Assembly (NCBI GenBank): GCA_013239625.1
Contig: MU053431.1
Location: 806,001-870,000 of the forward strand
DNA: 64,000 nt
Reading direction: 5' to 3'
Source of the DNA: Lama guanicoe
Taxonomy: Eukaryota
Made by a program: the position numbers and the translations under genes. The notes under the pieces were generated by a model, which saw only the letters and a program-made list of their open reading frames with translations, was not told the DNA's origin and made no database searches. Numbering within the stretch: the first letter of the stretch is position 1; every line of letters begins with the position of its first letter. Below are positions 1 to 12,758 of this stretch, piece after piece.

Positions 1-129
1 TCTGCTGGGCATTAATAATGCCACCACCACCACGGTCACAGTAAAGGAAGATGAGGGAAATGAACACTTGCTGGCTGGTGTGTTCAGTGCTCAGCGCAGT
101 GATCTGCTCCCACGGGGCTGGAGTTAAGA

Positions 130-1110
130 GTGGACGGCTCCTCGCCGCCGGTGAGCTCTGCTGGCCCCAGACAAGGACCCCGAGATGGGGGCTCCGCAGA
201 CCCCGGCTCCAGGCGGCCATGCTCCGCCTCACTGGAGGGGCCCGCGCTCCTGCCGGGGGCCTGGGCGTGGACCTCCCGGGGCGGCCGCTGGGCCGGGTGC
301 AGCCCGTGCTCCCGGGGCCAGACGCCTGCGGCCTCCCGAGGGGCCTCCACCCTCTGCATCTGGGGCTGGCGGGTCCGCCGGGGTCAGGCGGGGTCAGCCG
401 GGGTCAGCGCCAGGGCAGGGCAGCCGGGGTCAGCCGGGGTCAGGCGGGGTCAGCCGGGGTCAGAGCCAGGCCAGAGCAGCCATGTTGAGCTGAGGAGGCA
501 GTTCAGCGGCGGCTGAGAGACCTGAAGGGACCTCGGGTGCTCGGGCTGGCGGCCAGTGGAGGGAAATGCTGTCCGTCACCTGCCTTCCGATGCTCCGTCA
601 AGGGAGCCGAAGTGAGAAGCGAGAGGGTCTCCGTCCCCTCAGACCAGCCGGCCACCCGAGCGGCCGCGGCCGGGGCCCCACCCGCCACGGGCCGGATGTG
701 CAGCCGCTTCCCGCCCCGCGCAGGCTACCCGCTCCCACCAGTCTCCCTGGGAGGAAAGCCCCTCTTGCTGCAGCTTCGGGGGAACGAGCGGGCGGAGGTG
801 GGAAGCGCGCCCTGCGGACTGGGTGGGGGCCCAGGACACCTCCAGAGCTGGTGTCGCGGGGATCCCCCCCCCCGAGTCTCCGGCGGCTCGGCGGTCACTT
901 GCTGGGGGACGACGTCAGTCCTGGTGACCGCTGCGCATGGGTCCCCACCTGCTGTATCTGGACCCTGTGTGACGGACACTCACCCCAGGTTTGATGTCAA
1001 GCGGGCCAGTCGGAGGACGGAAAAATGAAAGGCAGAAAAGCGCCATGTAAACAGGGCGGAGGTCGGATTTCCCCACGGCGCTTCCAGAAAGTTGGGATTG
1101 CTGACTAGTT
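130..1110. promoter_or_regulatory. CpG-island-like segment
   Basis: Very high GC with dense CpG (e.g. gccgccgg, cggccgcggccgg, cccgccccgcg); GC box GGGCGG near 1054. Confidence 0.65.
371..463 (+). repeat. 10-bp tandem repeat (GGGGTCAGSC)n in two blocks
   Basis: GGGTCA at 381, 391, 401 and 427, 437, 447, 457; degenerate copy at 371. Confidence 0.95.
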
Positions 1111-4100
1111 AATTTTGGTGGGACTCGAGCCCAAGGATCTACTTGCCCTGGACTCCGGGCGCCGCCCTCGGGGAGCCTCAGTCTTCTCTGTGAATTGAGG
1201 TAAGAATCCAGCCGCCTCGGAATGTCCTGACGTGTAGGGAGAGCCTGGGTGGCGGCGACCTTGCGCGTACATGGCAGGCTGGGGTGTGTCACTCAGCCCC
1301 CCGTGGCTCTTTTTGGAAATAACCACAGTCCAGGGCACGGATGGGGGTGCCGTGAACCCCTTCATGCCCCACAGTGGCGTGGTGTTCTCAGGGGACACCG
1401 CCTCCCTCCTGCTCCCTCGTGGGGCATCCCCGTGCGGGTCAGAGCTTGGGGTCAGCGGGCCATCACAGGCTCGAGGCCTGGGCACGCTCAGGACCTGCCT
1501 CACGTGCAGCCCCCTGCGCTCACTGGGGACCCAGCACCACTCCAGGCCCAGGTGTGCACCCTTGGGTCCAGCCAGCCGCCCGGCAGGAGCGGTTCTGATC
1601 AGTCCCACACACGGCGTCCCGTGTGGAGGCATGACCATGACCCGGGCCCTGGTTTCTGGGGTGGAAGACAGTCCAGGAGCCAAGATGCATGAAGATGCCC
1701 CGACCCAGGTGCCTGTGGTCACTCTGCCCCGACCCACATCTCCAGGGAAATGAATGCTTTGCTGTGCGTCCTGGTGGCTGACAGTCAGCGTCATGGCTTT
1801 TCACGCAGTGAGAGAAAAATGACAACCCGCAGAATGTGGAAGGACAGTGATCAGCCTTTAATTGTACTTATCCAAGTCCATTTGGTGAAAGACGCTGCTG
1901 GCGTATTTTTATTCTCACAGTTTTGCTTTTCCCGAGTAGAAGCGTCCCTCGGTGGGGTCCTCTGGTTTCCTGTTCCCAGAAAGTCTCCTCTAGTAGGATG
2001 GCCAGACTTCCAGGGTGAACCGTAAAAACAGGGCTTTCCTGTCTTTGGTTCAGGCCCCTGAGGTTGACCTGTGCAACCTGTTTTGGCTGAAAAGATCGCT
2101 CTTGTTGGTCTTGGCTGACAGCCTATCGCCCCTGTCCCTGGTGTTGAGATCTGGTGGGTGTTGCTGGGTGGCCGGGCGCCCTGTGGGCACCGCAGGTGGG
2201 TCTCCCTGGGGCCAGGGCCAGGGCCAGGGGAGGGCGGACAGGCAGGGCTTTGCCTGTTTATCACAAGATCCATCAGTGCTGTCGTGACCTGAGGGGGATG
2301 CTGGCAGCCCCTGATGAATGGGCCTGCTTGTCCAGCAGCCCCGGGGCCCCGGCTATGGCAGCCAGGCCAGAGCTGCTGTGCCCAGGGCCCCAGGCAGCCA
2401 CTGCTGCAGGTGGGAGACATGGTGAAGGAAGGCGCCTGAGACCCCGGCCCGCCCGCCCGCTGGAGCCGGCGCTACAGGGGCTGCTGCGCGGGGAGGGCAG
2501 GCGGCCTGCTGGTACAGTAGAAGCAGCCTCGGCTTTTATCTGAGCTGGGGGTCAAGGGATTCGTCGTCCTCGGGCAATAATAAAATCATCAGGTTCTGAG
2601 GCGAAAGTCAGAGACTCGGGCCTCTTGCAAGTTAACTGGGGCTTAAAAGGAAAGTGGCTTAAAGAGATCCTATTAGGAAAGAACAAAAAAACATTTGAAA
2701 AGCCGGGAAATCATTCTCTCCTGCGATGATAACGGGAAGGGCTTTACGGAGCACGCACCTGCTTTAGAAGGGGCCGCTGTTTCCTGCTCCCAGGTCGCAA
2801 GGGGAATTCGCAGGTGCTCCTGCTTGTGGGTCTGGGGTGATGGGGCCCCAGGGGAGGGAGTGGCTCCACGGCACCCTGCCCTGCTTGGCCTCGTCAGGTC
2901 CCAGGGGCGCTGTGCCCAGGGCTTCCTCCCCATCTTCCCTGCCAGGCACTCACTCCACGGTGTGCACGCCGAGGCTCAGCGGTGCAGTGGGACCCCAGCC
3001 TGAGTTCTCCGTCCCCTGCAGCCCTGCCCTCCAGGGCAGGTCGACCCTGAACTCTGCCTGCTTTTGCTCCCCTTCCTTCCCACAGTGAGGGCACAGAGCC
3101 CCGCCAGCTGGCCGCGCCCCAGAGGAGCCTCCCTGGTGCCAGTGGGGGGGGGTGCCTGGAGAGGATGGCTGCAGCCAGCAGCAGTCTCGGCCTTTGTGTG
3201 AAGCAGGTGTCAGACGCTTGCTCGGTGACCTCATGTGAAGTAGGAAGTGGCACCAGAATATCCACAGGGCCAGCAAGGCCCCCTGGGTTCAGTGCCGCAG
3301 AAACCCGGCTCAGGGGAGGTGGTTGGCGTGTCAGGGACAGCCCTGTGTGTTGACCACACACATCCTGACCTTCCGCCGGCACAGGTGTGCAGGGGATGTG
3401 GCAGTTAGGAGTGGCGGCCTCCTCCAGGCTGATGCAGAGATGACAGAGTTGCCAGGCGGGCACAGTCCTGGTGCCTGCGTCACAGGGAGGAGACCCAGCA
3501 GCCACCACAGGCAGGGATGTGGGCTGAAGATGCTCTGCATTTTAAAATGCAATTATATCACCCTCCCTGCTCCGTGGAAAGAGTTCTAAGTTTGCTGAGG
3601 TTGGGGCACGTTTATCGATGTTTTAATGCGCGTTTTTCATAGAGACCTAGAATTACAAAGGCTCCCTTGGGGCTCTGGAGTCCGACAGCCCGGAGGCACA
3701 CCGATTAAGTGTGTGGCCTCACACCGGGCGCCAGGCCTGCCGCCTGCGCAGAAGGGTCATGACGTTCGTTCCCGTCACATCCCAGACCGTTGTGAGGGTA
3801 AGATGCTATCGTGAACGCAGACGCACTTTGCAAACGTTGAAATCTTCCATGACGTTGCAGAGCGGACTCAGTAGTGATGGCTGGAAAGTCCGCCCGGCTT
3901 TCGGAATCTGTGCTTTTGATGCTCGAGCCCATGGAACATCGACACTCATTCCTGGAAGCTGTAGACGTGGAGGCGGCCTTGGGCACTGTCTGGGCCTCCT
4001 GTGTTTATGCGCAAGGAGATAAGACCAGGAGCCGAGGGGGCCCTCAGCACGGTCAGCGGAGGCTGAGTCGAGGCTGAGGCAGATGAACGGATGGCCCCCC

Positions 4101-4680
4101 ACCCGCACCCCAGCCCCGCAGGCCGGAAGACCCGGCACCCGACATCCACTCCCCGACTCCTCAGAGCTGCAAGCAGGCGGTCCCGTTGCCCCCGTGGGGA
4201 GGGGAGGCTGACTCCCTTTATCCTTAACCTCGGCTACTGTCCCTGACCACCCGCTCTGTGGGGACCTGCCTTCCTGGCTTCCCCGCCCCCACCCACAGGT
4301 TCGAGCGCATCGTCCGCCCATCAGGTGCACAGCCCTGCTGTCACCTGGGCTCCAGCGCTGGGCTGGGCTCAAAGATAAAGCAGTAAACATGGCACCTGCC
4401 CTCCACGTCTGCAGGAGGGAGCAGACAAGCAGGCAGCTGTACAGTGAGGCAGGGCCACGGGCTGGATGAGTGGGTGCAGTGGGAGCACGTGGGAGGGGTC
4501 CAGGCCAGGACGTGGAGGTGGTGGCTGGGGAGGATGATGGCTAAGCTGAGGGCAGGGGACAAGGCAGAGCGTCCAAGAGAAGGAGACGGGGAGGGGGGGC
4601 AGCGGGTAGACCAGATGACTTGTCTACTGCACATTAAACAGCCACCATGCTGGAACCCTTAGGAATCGTGTGAAACAATA

Positions 4681-4682
<2 letters not shown>

Positions 4683-4725
<43 letters not shown>
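4683..4725. repeat. (GT)n microsatellite
   Basis: Perfect GT run of about 21 units. Confidence 0.98.
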
Positions 4726-4726
<1 letters not shown>

Positions 4727-4911
4727 CCTGCTGCCCACCAGGCACAGCTCCCGGCCCTGGAGCTGTTCTAGGCAGCAAGGCCATAAGGTTCCTGCTTCCC
4801 TGGAGTGTACGGTTCAGATGGCAGGATCCACTGGGTGTGGGCTCTCAAAGTTTTCTGACCATGACTCACAGGAAAAAATGAATTTTAAAATGTAAGGCAG
4901 TAAACTACCCC

Positions 4912-4944
4912 CCCACACACACACACAGACACACACACACACAC
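4912..4944. repeat. (CA)n microsatellite, imperfect
   Basis: CA run with one GA interruption. Confidence 0.95.
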
Positions 4945-5197
4945 AGCCCCCCACAGAGATAAACTGTCACGGCGCAGCATCTGCCTTCCTAGCACAGGCA
5001 ACCTGCTTACACGGGTGCTTTCGGTTCTGCTGTATTTTATCTTAAAATGTTCATCACGGCTCACTGGTGGCCATGGTTTGAGAAGCACATTTTCGAGGGC
5101 AAGCTCTGGGTGGGCATTTGGACAGGGTGTGGGGAGAAACAGGTCTGGCCCAAGGTCCCTGAGCTGGGTGTTTCAGACCAAGTCAGGTGGAAGGGAG

Positions 5198-5312
5198 AGT
5201 GGATGGACGGATGGATGGATGGACGGGTGATGGAGGATGGAGGGTGGATGGATGCATAGATTCCCAGATGGGTGGAGGGGTGTGAGAATGGTTGCAGGGA
5301 AGGATGGATGGA
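5198..5312. repeat. (TGGA)n degenerate simple repeat
   Basis: Repeated ggatggatgg/ggacgg units. Confidence 0.85.
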
Positions 5313-6876
5313 TCAATGTGAGTTTCTCCATAATGGCTGTTACTCAGCAGATTTTTTTTCTGGAGGCGCTTGGTGTTATTAACAGGACTTGGGGGCTGAA
5401 TTAAGTGAGCAGGACCCAGAAAGCTAGCAGCAATCTACCTACAGTGTATCATGGCGTTCCTAATGTGGGTCCTTCTATTTTTAAAAACGTGGAAAAGCAT
5501 TGGCCTTGTAGCATGAAGAGCTCCCATATCTGGCATAAAGCAGTGCTCACCATAAAGCATCACTTACCAGGTGACTGTCGGTGATCAGTTTGTGCCATTG
5601 AGCACATGCATGTCATCCCACGAACGGGCCGGCTCCGCGAGGGCAGGGGTCCACCTGCCTCAGTCGCTGCTATTCCCAGGGCCGAGGACAGTGCCTGGCC
5701 ATGGTGGATGCTTACCTGTTTGTCCACTGAATGAAGAGCTGTGTCTTCCTGCCTCACTGCGAAGGCTGGATTCTGGAAGGTCGTCAGCATGTTCTCTGTT
5801 CCCCACGTCTCGTGTGTGGTGGGGACATCAGTGCATGTGAGACCCTTTATGGGGGTTCCCCCTTGTTTTAGTGTGTTCCTTTCACCTGGTGGCTGAAACT
5901 TCACGAGTCTGTGGGGAGGCCAGCGCGAGTGTCCCGTGAGGGTGTGGTTTGAACGGCGATCAGGAGGCCCCTTCTCCTGGGCCTGGAGGCGTCTTAACGT
6001 TACGAACGGCTCCACCTTCTCCTGGGTTTGGGTGTTTGGGGCCAGTTCTGGGGGCACATTATCCTGCTTCGGGGAAGCCTGCAAGGAATCCCAAGAAGGC
6101 TTTGGCTGTCAGGAGGTGGCTTCTCTGTGGTGATTTCAGTGACGCTGGTATTGAGGGAGCTGCCTCGGCTGGGCCTCGGAGAGACGGGAAAAGGTGGTGG
6201 CGTCAGGGTGACCTGTCCTAGAGCAGCGTTCCTGGCCTGTGTTTGGTGGCTGTGACCTTGGACACCAGCAGGGTTTCTGGGTCCTGAGCGACTGCAGGCA
6301 TCGCGGCCACTGGCTCTGAACTGGTAAGGAGGTCAGTGAAGTCCAGTGTGCACACGTCACTCAGATTAGACTGAAGTCCATGTGACTTATTGATCTATCG
6401 TCCTAGCCCATCAGCCATCCCCTCAGAGCACCAAGGACCCCCAGCCCGTCCGAAGGCCTGGCTCCGGCCCCCCCTCACCCCTTCTTCTCAGCATCCCCAC
6501 TTTCTTCTCTCCTGGGTCGTGTTCCTGGGACATTCTCACCAGCCAGATCCTCTCCAGTCCTCCGAATATGGCAGGAGGACATGCCCTGTGTGCGTTGCCG
6601 TGGACCGTCTGAGCGTCTGATGCTGGCGTGGGCATGTCAGCATTGCTTCTCCTCAGAGAAGTAACACATCGTCTGTGGCAGACACCCTGAGCCTCTGGCA
6701 ACCGCAGAACCTCAGATTCTCCTATAATCACCGACTTTTTCTCTTGCCAAAAACAATAAATACATTTAAAGGCACACACACAAAAGAAAGTCACTTCCAA
6801 GTTGAGCTGCAGAGGAGTCTGCACAGAAATTCAAGGCTGCTGAGGGTCTGTTTCTCATGGCAATGGTGCGACCAAG

Positions 6877-6914
6877 TGCGTGCATGTGTGTGTGTGTGTG
6901 TGTGTGCGCGTGTG
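6877..6914. repeat. (TG)n / alternating purine-pyrimidine tract
   Basis: gtgcgtgcatgtgtgtg...tgcgcgtgtg. Confidence 0.9.
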
Positions 6915-7025
6915 ATGAGCATGGTGTTTGCCTAAGTTGGGAACTGGGAAGGCCACATGCTTGGTTTCTGAACACAGTGATGCTGTAGCCCTAGTGGCAG
7001 CACTTTGACCAAGAACATCACCGAG

Positions 7026-7212
7026 TGTGACAGGCTGCACTGTGTCTCCCACAGGAACGTGCTGAGGCCCTAGCTCCCTGGGACCAAGAGTGCGGCTTTA
7101 TTTGGGGGAAAAGAGGGTCTGTGCTGATTTAATCCAGTTGAGGTGAGGTCACACGGGATTGGGGTGGGCCTGAAGTCCTGTGGCTGGTGTCCTTATAAGG
7201 AAGGAAGGAGAC
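7026..7212 (+). mobile_element. MLT1 (ERVL-MaLR) LTR, 5' part
   Basis: Resembles MLT1 LTR start TGT..GGCTG..TGTGTC.CCC and internal GAGGTCA...GGGTGGGCC...GGTGTCCTTATAAG motifs. Confidence 0.8.
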
Positions 7213-7310
7213 CTTCACTCCATCCAGTTTGGGGCAGAGAACCACAGGAGAAGGGCAGGGGACAGCGTGTATGCAGGCCTGGGAGCACCGGCATGGCCTG
7301 GGCACGTATC

Positions 7311-7651
7311 AGGAGGGAACTCTGATTCAGAAAGACACATGCACCCCAGTGTTCACAGCAGCACTGTTTGCAACAGCCAAGACATGGCAGCAGCCTAAGT
7401 GTCCATCGACAGATGACTGGATAAAGAAGTTGTGGTGTATGTATACAATGGAATACTACTCAGCCATAAAAAGAGTAAAACAATGCCATTTACAGCAACA
7501 GGGCTGGACCTGGAGGTCGTCATGCTAAGTGAAGTGAGCCAGACAAAGACAAGTATCACATGGTATCACTTACATGTGGAATCTAAAAAGATAACAAGTG
7601 AACATATTTATAAAACAGAGACTCACAGACACAGAAAACACAGTCATGGTT
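7311..7651 (+). mobile_element. LINE-1 ORF2 end/3' UTR fragment, lineage-specific (camelid-like)
   Basis: Translates to ...DTCTPVFTAALFATAKTWQQPKCPSTDDWIKKLWCMYTMEYYSAIK, the typical L1 ORF2 C-terminus, followed by 3' UTR. Confidence 0.95.
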
Positions 7652-10600
7652 CCCCCCACCTGCCCACACACTCGCAGGTCCCCTGCAGGGGGCGAGGCCA
7701 ACTCCCACCTCCCACGGTGCCACTTCTTTTAGGTGGGAAAGCCTGGTTTCCTGGCAGGACCCCCAGGAAGGCGGGCACTCCAGGAAGCAAACCCGTCTGC
7801 GTCCTTCATCTAGAACATTCTCAAGCCGCAGCCATCGGCCTGCACCGCGGCCGACTGCTGGCCGGACTCCCACCTGCTCCCATGAGCCATTTGGAGAGCT
7901 GCGCTCGGACTCTTGACCCCGCGGCCCTCCCAGGCTCCAGGGGGAGGGGGAGGGGGTTCCCACCGTGTGAGCTCCGTGCCCGCGTGTGTCGCAGCGTCTC
8001 ACTGAAGGGTCCGGGGCCCCTGCTGTCAGCCCACCTCGCAGATGCGGGAGGAGGATGTTGCCGAGGCCTCTGGGGAAGGAGCAGACCCTGAGCTGGCCCT
8101 CTGGTCACTGTCATACGGACGTGGGGGACGGACAAACAACCGTGGGCATCATCAGGGGCATCTGCTTCGACACGACTCCAATGTCGGTTTTCCTGAGTGG
8201 GGCTGCAGTGCGTCCCTGACTGTGGTGGGGGGTGTCACCAACATTTGGGGCCCCTGGTCTGCTGAGTCCACGCTGTTCCCGACTCCCCTCAATGCGGACA
8301 CACGCCCTCCGCCGAGTCCTGCTGCCTCGCTCCTCGATGCAGGGATGACTCTCAGGCAATAAACTTCATCTCTAAAAATAGGTCACATAAAGGCCTTGAC
8401 GTCCTTTTTTCTAATTAGTGCAAAAATTTATTGAATATACATCATACGTGTGGATCACAGTATTATTAAAATGACTATTAAGACTTCACTCATCAAAATA
8501 TTTCAGGCAGTGGGGACACGGGGAGCCTGATGGTCCCCGAGAATCATATCTGCATTAGCGAGATAAAGGACAATTTAGGACGATCACAAAGGCGGTGATT
8601 TAGGGAACAACATAAAACTGTGCTGAGAACTAATTCGTAATGCCAGCTGCTGCTAAGCTTCTTAATCTTTATCTAGTTCAATTAAAATCTGGATGTCTGG
8701 GATTTCGTTAACAGCCGGGGCTTGGAAATTACACGCGCTCTTGCCCTGGCTCTGCGGCTGCCGTGCGGCATCGGGAGTCGCCCAGAGCGTCTTCAGGTAG
8801 ACGAAGGTGTAGTGAAGACTGAAGCCCTCGGGGCAAGGCAGAGGTAAGAGAGGGTCCGTTCAGTGTTTTCAGTCAGATCCGGTTGGCCGGGGTTGGGGAC
8901 CCCACGCACAGCCGCACGGCTGGAGGGAGAGGCACTGGAGTCTGGGCTGAGATGCGTCCGAGCCCGGGGCCACCAGGCCTCTCAGCGGAAGGCCTGGGCG
9001 CTGACCTGGGCGACGGACCACCGGGCGTATGGAGGGCAGGTCCCAGCCCGGTTCCTGCAGCCGCGCCTCGCGCCCAGTCCTCGCTCCGGCACCATCTGTC
9101 AATTTATGACGTGTTTTCCAGACTCTGCGAGCAGGTCTTTCTAAAACCAAACCAGCTGGAGTGATGGACCAGCCCTAGTGCATAACTTCAGATTAAAAAC
9201 TAAAAGCAGAAGGAACGTTCGGTGTGTGTGTTTTCCCTCAACCTGGGTGTCAGGGTCTGTTGTCACGACCTTTCCTCTTCTCCCAAGAGTGTGAGGGTCC
9301 CTGTGTCCTCCTCCAGAGGCTCTGACTGAGGTCGAGGTGGGGACAGGGAATCTGCAGGCTCTGTTCCGCCACCCCCTCCGTGTCATCCTGACCGTGCCCT
9401 GCACACCCCCAGGGAGACGTTAAGGTTTGGGGCATGCCTGCTTCAGGCCGGGTCCCTGTGCCAAGTCCAGAGCTTGTAGATAAGCCTTTGATGCCTTCCC
9501 GCTCTCCTGCCTCCGCCCCTTAGTCCGGAGCCTCCCAGGAAGCTGGCGGACACAGGTTTGCATCTGCTCGGGAGTCTGGCCAGTCGCTCCGGGCAGTGGA
9601 GTGGCTGAGTGTTTCGTCGAGATGCGAAGGAGCTGCTGCGATCGGGTACTTGCCATTTCCTCTTTGAGAAGAGGGCAGAAGTAAGTACAGGAAGGAGGCC
9701 TCCACGTCCCTGCTGGGCTGGGCCAACGCCTCCCTGGGAGACGTGACAGGAGCCGACACCTGCAGGGCGGCGGTGTCTGTGCGCCGGCCTCACGTGTGAA
9801 CATCGGCCTCAGGTCGAAGCGATGGGGCAGCAAATATCTGTGGCCTGTAGTATCTCGTGAACTTTATGAACTCCCGGCTGTGCCCCTACTGTGTTCGCTC
9901 TGGGCCCTTCTATGCGTTTACAAACAGCGGCCACATTAACACAGCTCAGACGCGGAACGGGAGGGGCCGCATGTCTGTTCAGCTCCCGGCTGGGAAACTT
10001 CCCCTCTTTCCTCGTTGCTGAGGGCTTCCTTCTCATCTGTTGAGTTTAAGGGTCTTTCCAAGGTTGTTGGGAAGGATGACGATCGAGAATCTTGGCTCTG
10101 CCAGTTACTTTAGAGAATTGTAGGCAAGACATGAGGTTCCCTCAGAGCCTCAATTTATGCTACACACGTGGCTGTTTTGCTACGTTGCTGCAATGCCATG
10201 AAGGCTGTAAAACCTCTTGGCTGACCCGTGACAATGTGCAGAAAAGTCACGCAAGTCGTGAGTGTCCAGGTGGCAAAGCTCAAACTAAGCGCCGTGTCGC
10301 CAGCACCAGCCTAATCCCGGGGCAGAGTGGGGCCGCGCGCCGGGCCCTCTCCTGGTGGTCACTCCCTGAAGGGGTCTGCTACGCGTTTTGCCTGATTTTG
10401 AACTTTGGGTCAGAGGAATCCCATAGTGTCTACCCTTTGGCATCTGGCTTCTTTAGTCTACAATGATGGCATCTGGGGTTTTCTCCTGGGGCCACCACGT
10501 GCGATGTCACATGGGGCTCCCTGAACAGCCACGTGCCAGGCTTCTGCAGGGGCCTCCTGGAGCACAGCTCTCCTTGTGTTAGTGACATTTTAGACGTACG

Positions 10601-11093
10601 ATGAACGCTTGAAACGGTGGAGCGTGTTGAGGCTGAACTTCAGTGCCCAGGGGGCAAATGCAAATATCCCTGCATCTTTTGGTCAGTTCCCAGTGAGCCT
10701 CTTGATTTTAAGTGTACGTAGCATATTTTCACACAGGTTTGTGCCATGCCAGGGGCAGTGTGATATTCAAGGGGTCTGCAGATGGGTTCTCTGATATTAA
10801 ATACCGTATGCGTGCACACACTTACCCAAAGCTTTCGCAAAACCACCTTGAGCCGCAAGGAACTGGTTTTGTGCAGGTGGAATTAGTGGGATCCAGTGTC
10901 CTTTGTGGGGACGGGGAGGCAGGGAGCTGTGAAGTCCAGTGACACCCCATCTGCACTGCATTGTGCAGGAAAGCTTCGCAGACAATTAATCTTTGTCCAC
11001 CTGCAAATCCTGGCAGAAGTCAGACACGCCAGCAGACCCCTGAGATTTTTCTGCTGGAGCGGCTGCTGCTTTTGTTCGTCGGAATAATTGCCT

Positions 11094-11143
11094 GCGCTGG
11101 GCGCTGGGGGCTGGGCGCTTGGGCGCTGGGGGCTGGGGGCTGG
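11094..11143. repeat. (GGGSGCT/GGGGGCT)n G-rich repeat
   Basis: gcgctgggcgctgggggctgggcgcttgggcgctgggggctgggggctgg. Confidence 0.85.
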
Positions 11144-11527
11144 AGGAAGTCGGGGGAGCCAGGCTTGCCGTTTGGCACAATCCAGACAAAATGTGTGGGG
11201 CCTCTGGCTACCCGGTGCGTGGTCTTCCTCCGCTGGTGGGAGCCTGTCCAGGCAGCCCCTCGAGATCCTGCGTCTACTGGTGGCAGGTGGAGGAGAGCAA
11301 GGCCCCACGACTTCTGGGGGTCAGACTTCACCACCAGAGCCTGTCTCGTTGCCTGAAATAGTCCCTTCCTGTACATCTGAGGTTGCTCAGAACCCATGCA
11401 AAGGCCGGGCCGTGGGAGCAGGGCTTGCGGCCCGCAGTTGGCCGGAGGACTGACTCCTGCTGGATCTGGATTCCGGCAGGTAAGCCTGCGCCCAGACTGC
11501 TCCCGCCCTGACAGCCCTTGGCCAGGG

Positions 11528-11705
11528 CAAGGCTGGCTGCAGATTTGTGGGGTCTGTGCATGATGAAGATGTGGGGCCCCTAGTTCAAAAATTATCAAGA
11601 GTTTCAAGATGGTGACAGCAGACCACGGAGCCAAGCACAAGCCCTTTGGAGCACCGGGGTGGCCCCGTGTGACTGCAAGGGTCACACGCCCTGAGGCAAG
11701 CCCTG
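11528..11705 (-). mobile_element. MER45A (hAT-Tip100) non-autonomous DNA transposon, near full length
   Basis: Matches recalled consensus reverse complement: ggggcccc.(t)gttcaaaaattat.aaga.tttcaagatgg.gacagcaga...gccctg. Confidence 0.85.
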
Positions 11706-12208
11706 CTCAGGGGCCACCTGGGGCCCAGAAGACCCTGTGGCCATCTTGGAGCTGGTCCTGAGGTGTGGCTCGATGCCGGGACGTGGGGGCCGGGCGGGGT
11801 CCCGTTCTTGGGAGTGCAGGTACAGACATCAGCCGTCGCCTCTCTTGAGCCCCCTAAAATGTGGGGAGGCGGCTCCCAGGACGGGCCACGCGGTGCAGAG
11901 CTGTCCTCTCCCCTTGGCAGCTGCCCTGAGCGTGGGCACCTCTGCCCCCTGGATGTTTATTTGAGGTGGTTTATGTGGGGGTGGGCGGGCTGCTGTGAAC
12001 AGACAGCAAAGTTAAACAAGGAAAAACAGCAAACACAGCATAGAGGGAAGGAAGAGAAATGGCTCACAGACATCGTAAGGCTTCCAGAACCGCTTCCCCA
12101 GACCGTCAGTGCCGTTCATGCCGCTGTTTGAAGGAAACACGTGACCTGAGTTATGAATTTAATAGAAGGTTTGAGCAGTGGAAGGATTAATTTGTAGATT
12201 GCCTTCCG

Positions 12209-12345
12209 CATTCACTCAACAGATATTTCTTGAATGTATACTAAGTGCTGGGGCCTGGATGTAACAGTGAACAAAGTCCAAGGAAGCGCGGAGGGACTCC
12301 GTCCTGATGAGCGCCTTCCACGGGAACCCAGCAGCTGAATACAGC
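12209..12345 (-). mobile_element. L2 3' end fragment
   Basis: cattcactcaacagatatttcttgaatg...acagtgaacaaa, characteristic L2 tail in antisense. Confidence 0.65.
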
Positions 12346-12758
12346 TGAACCGTCGGACAGAAGACACGTGGCTGATGCGTGGAAGGGAAGTTCCCACCAG
12401 GGGCTGGCTCAGGGGTTAGAGCTGGCCACTCCTCACCTCTCAGCCTCAGCCCCGCTCTCTGCTCTGCTCACCCCGGCAGCATGACTGTGTCTGCAGGGGA
12501 CTTTGTCCTCGGCCACAGAGCTGGCACAGCTATTGTCCAGGCTCATGCCTGTGGGACGGCTCAGGTCACCTGCCCACCTCCGACCCCCAGCTGTGCCCAC
12601 AGAGGGCTGCCTGCAGCCTGGCTTGGCCTTGAACCAGCTGGGGCCCAGGGCAATGGGGGCTCCACGTCCCCAGCCAGTGGGGGCTCCTCACTCCAGAGGG
12701 GTGGGCCCTCTCTTACCAGCCAGGTGGGGAGGGAGAGGTGTCCTTTATTCCTCCGCTC

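Noticed and set aside
371-463. CRISPR-like reading of the short repeat arrays (also 24628-24681)
   Set aside because: Head-to-tail repeats with no unique spacers, no cas genes, eukaryotic context
7229-7528. ORF with real protein similarity (L1 ORF2 C-terminus)
   Set aside because: Truncated L1 fragment, not a host gene
7682-7695. CTCF-like core CCTGCAGGGGGCGA (another at ~32446-32459)
   Set aside because: Imperfect matches are common in GC-rich DNA; cannot be supported without PWM scoring or ChIP data
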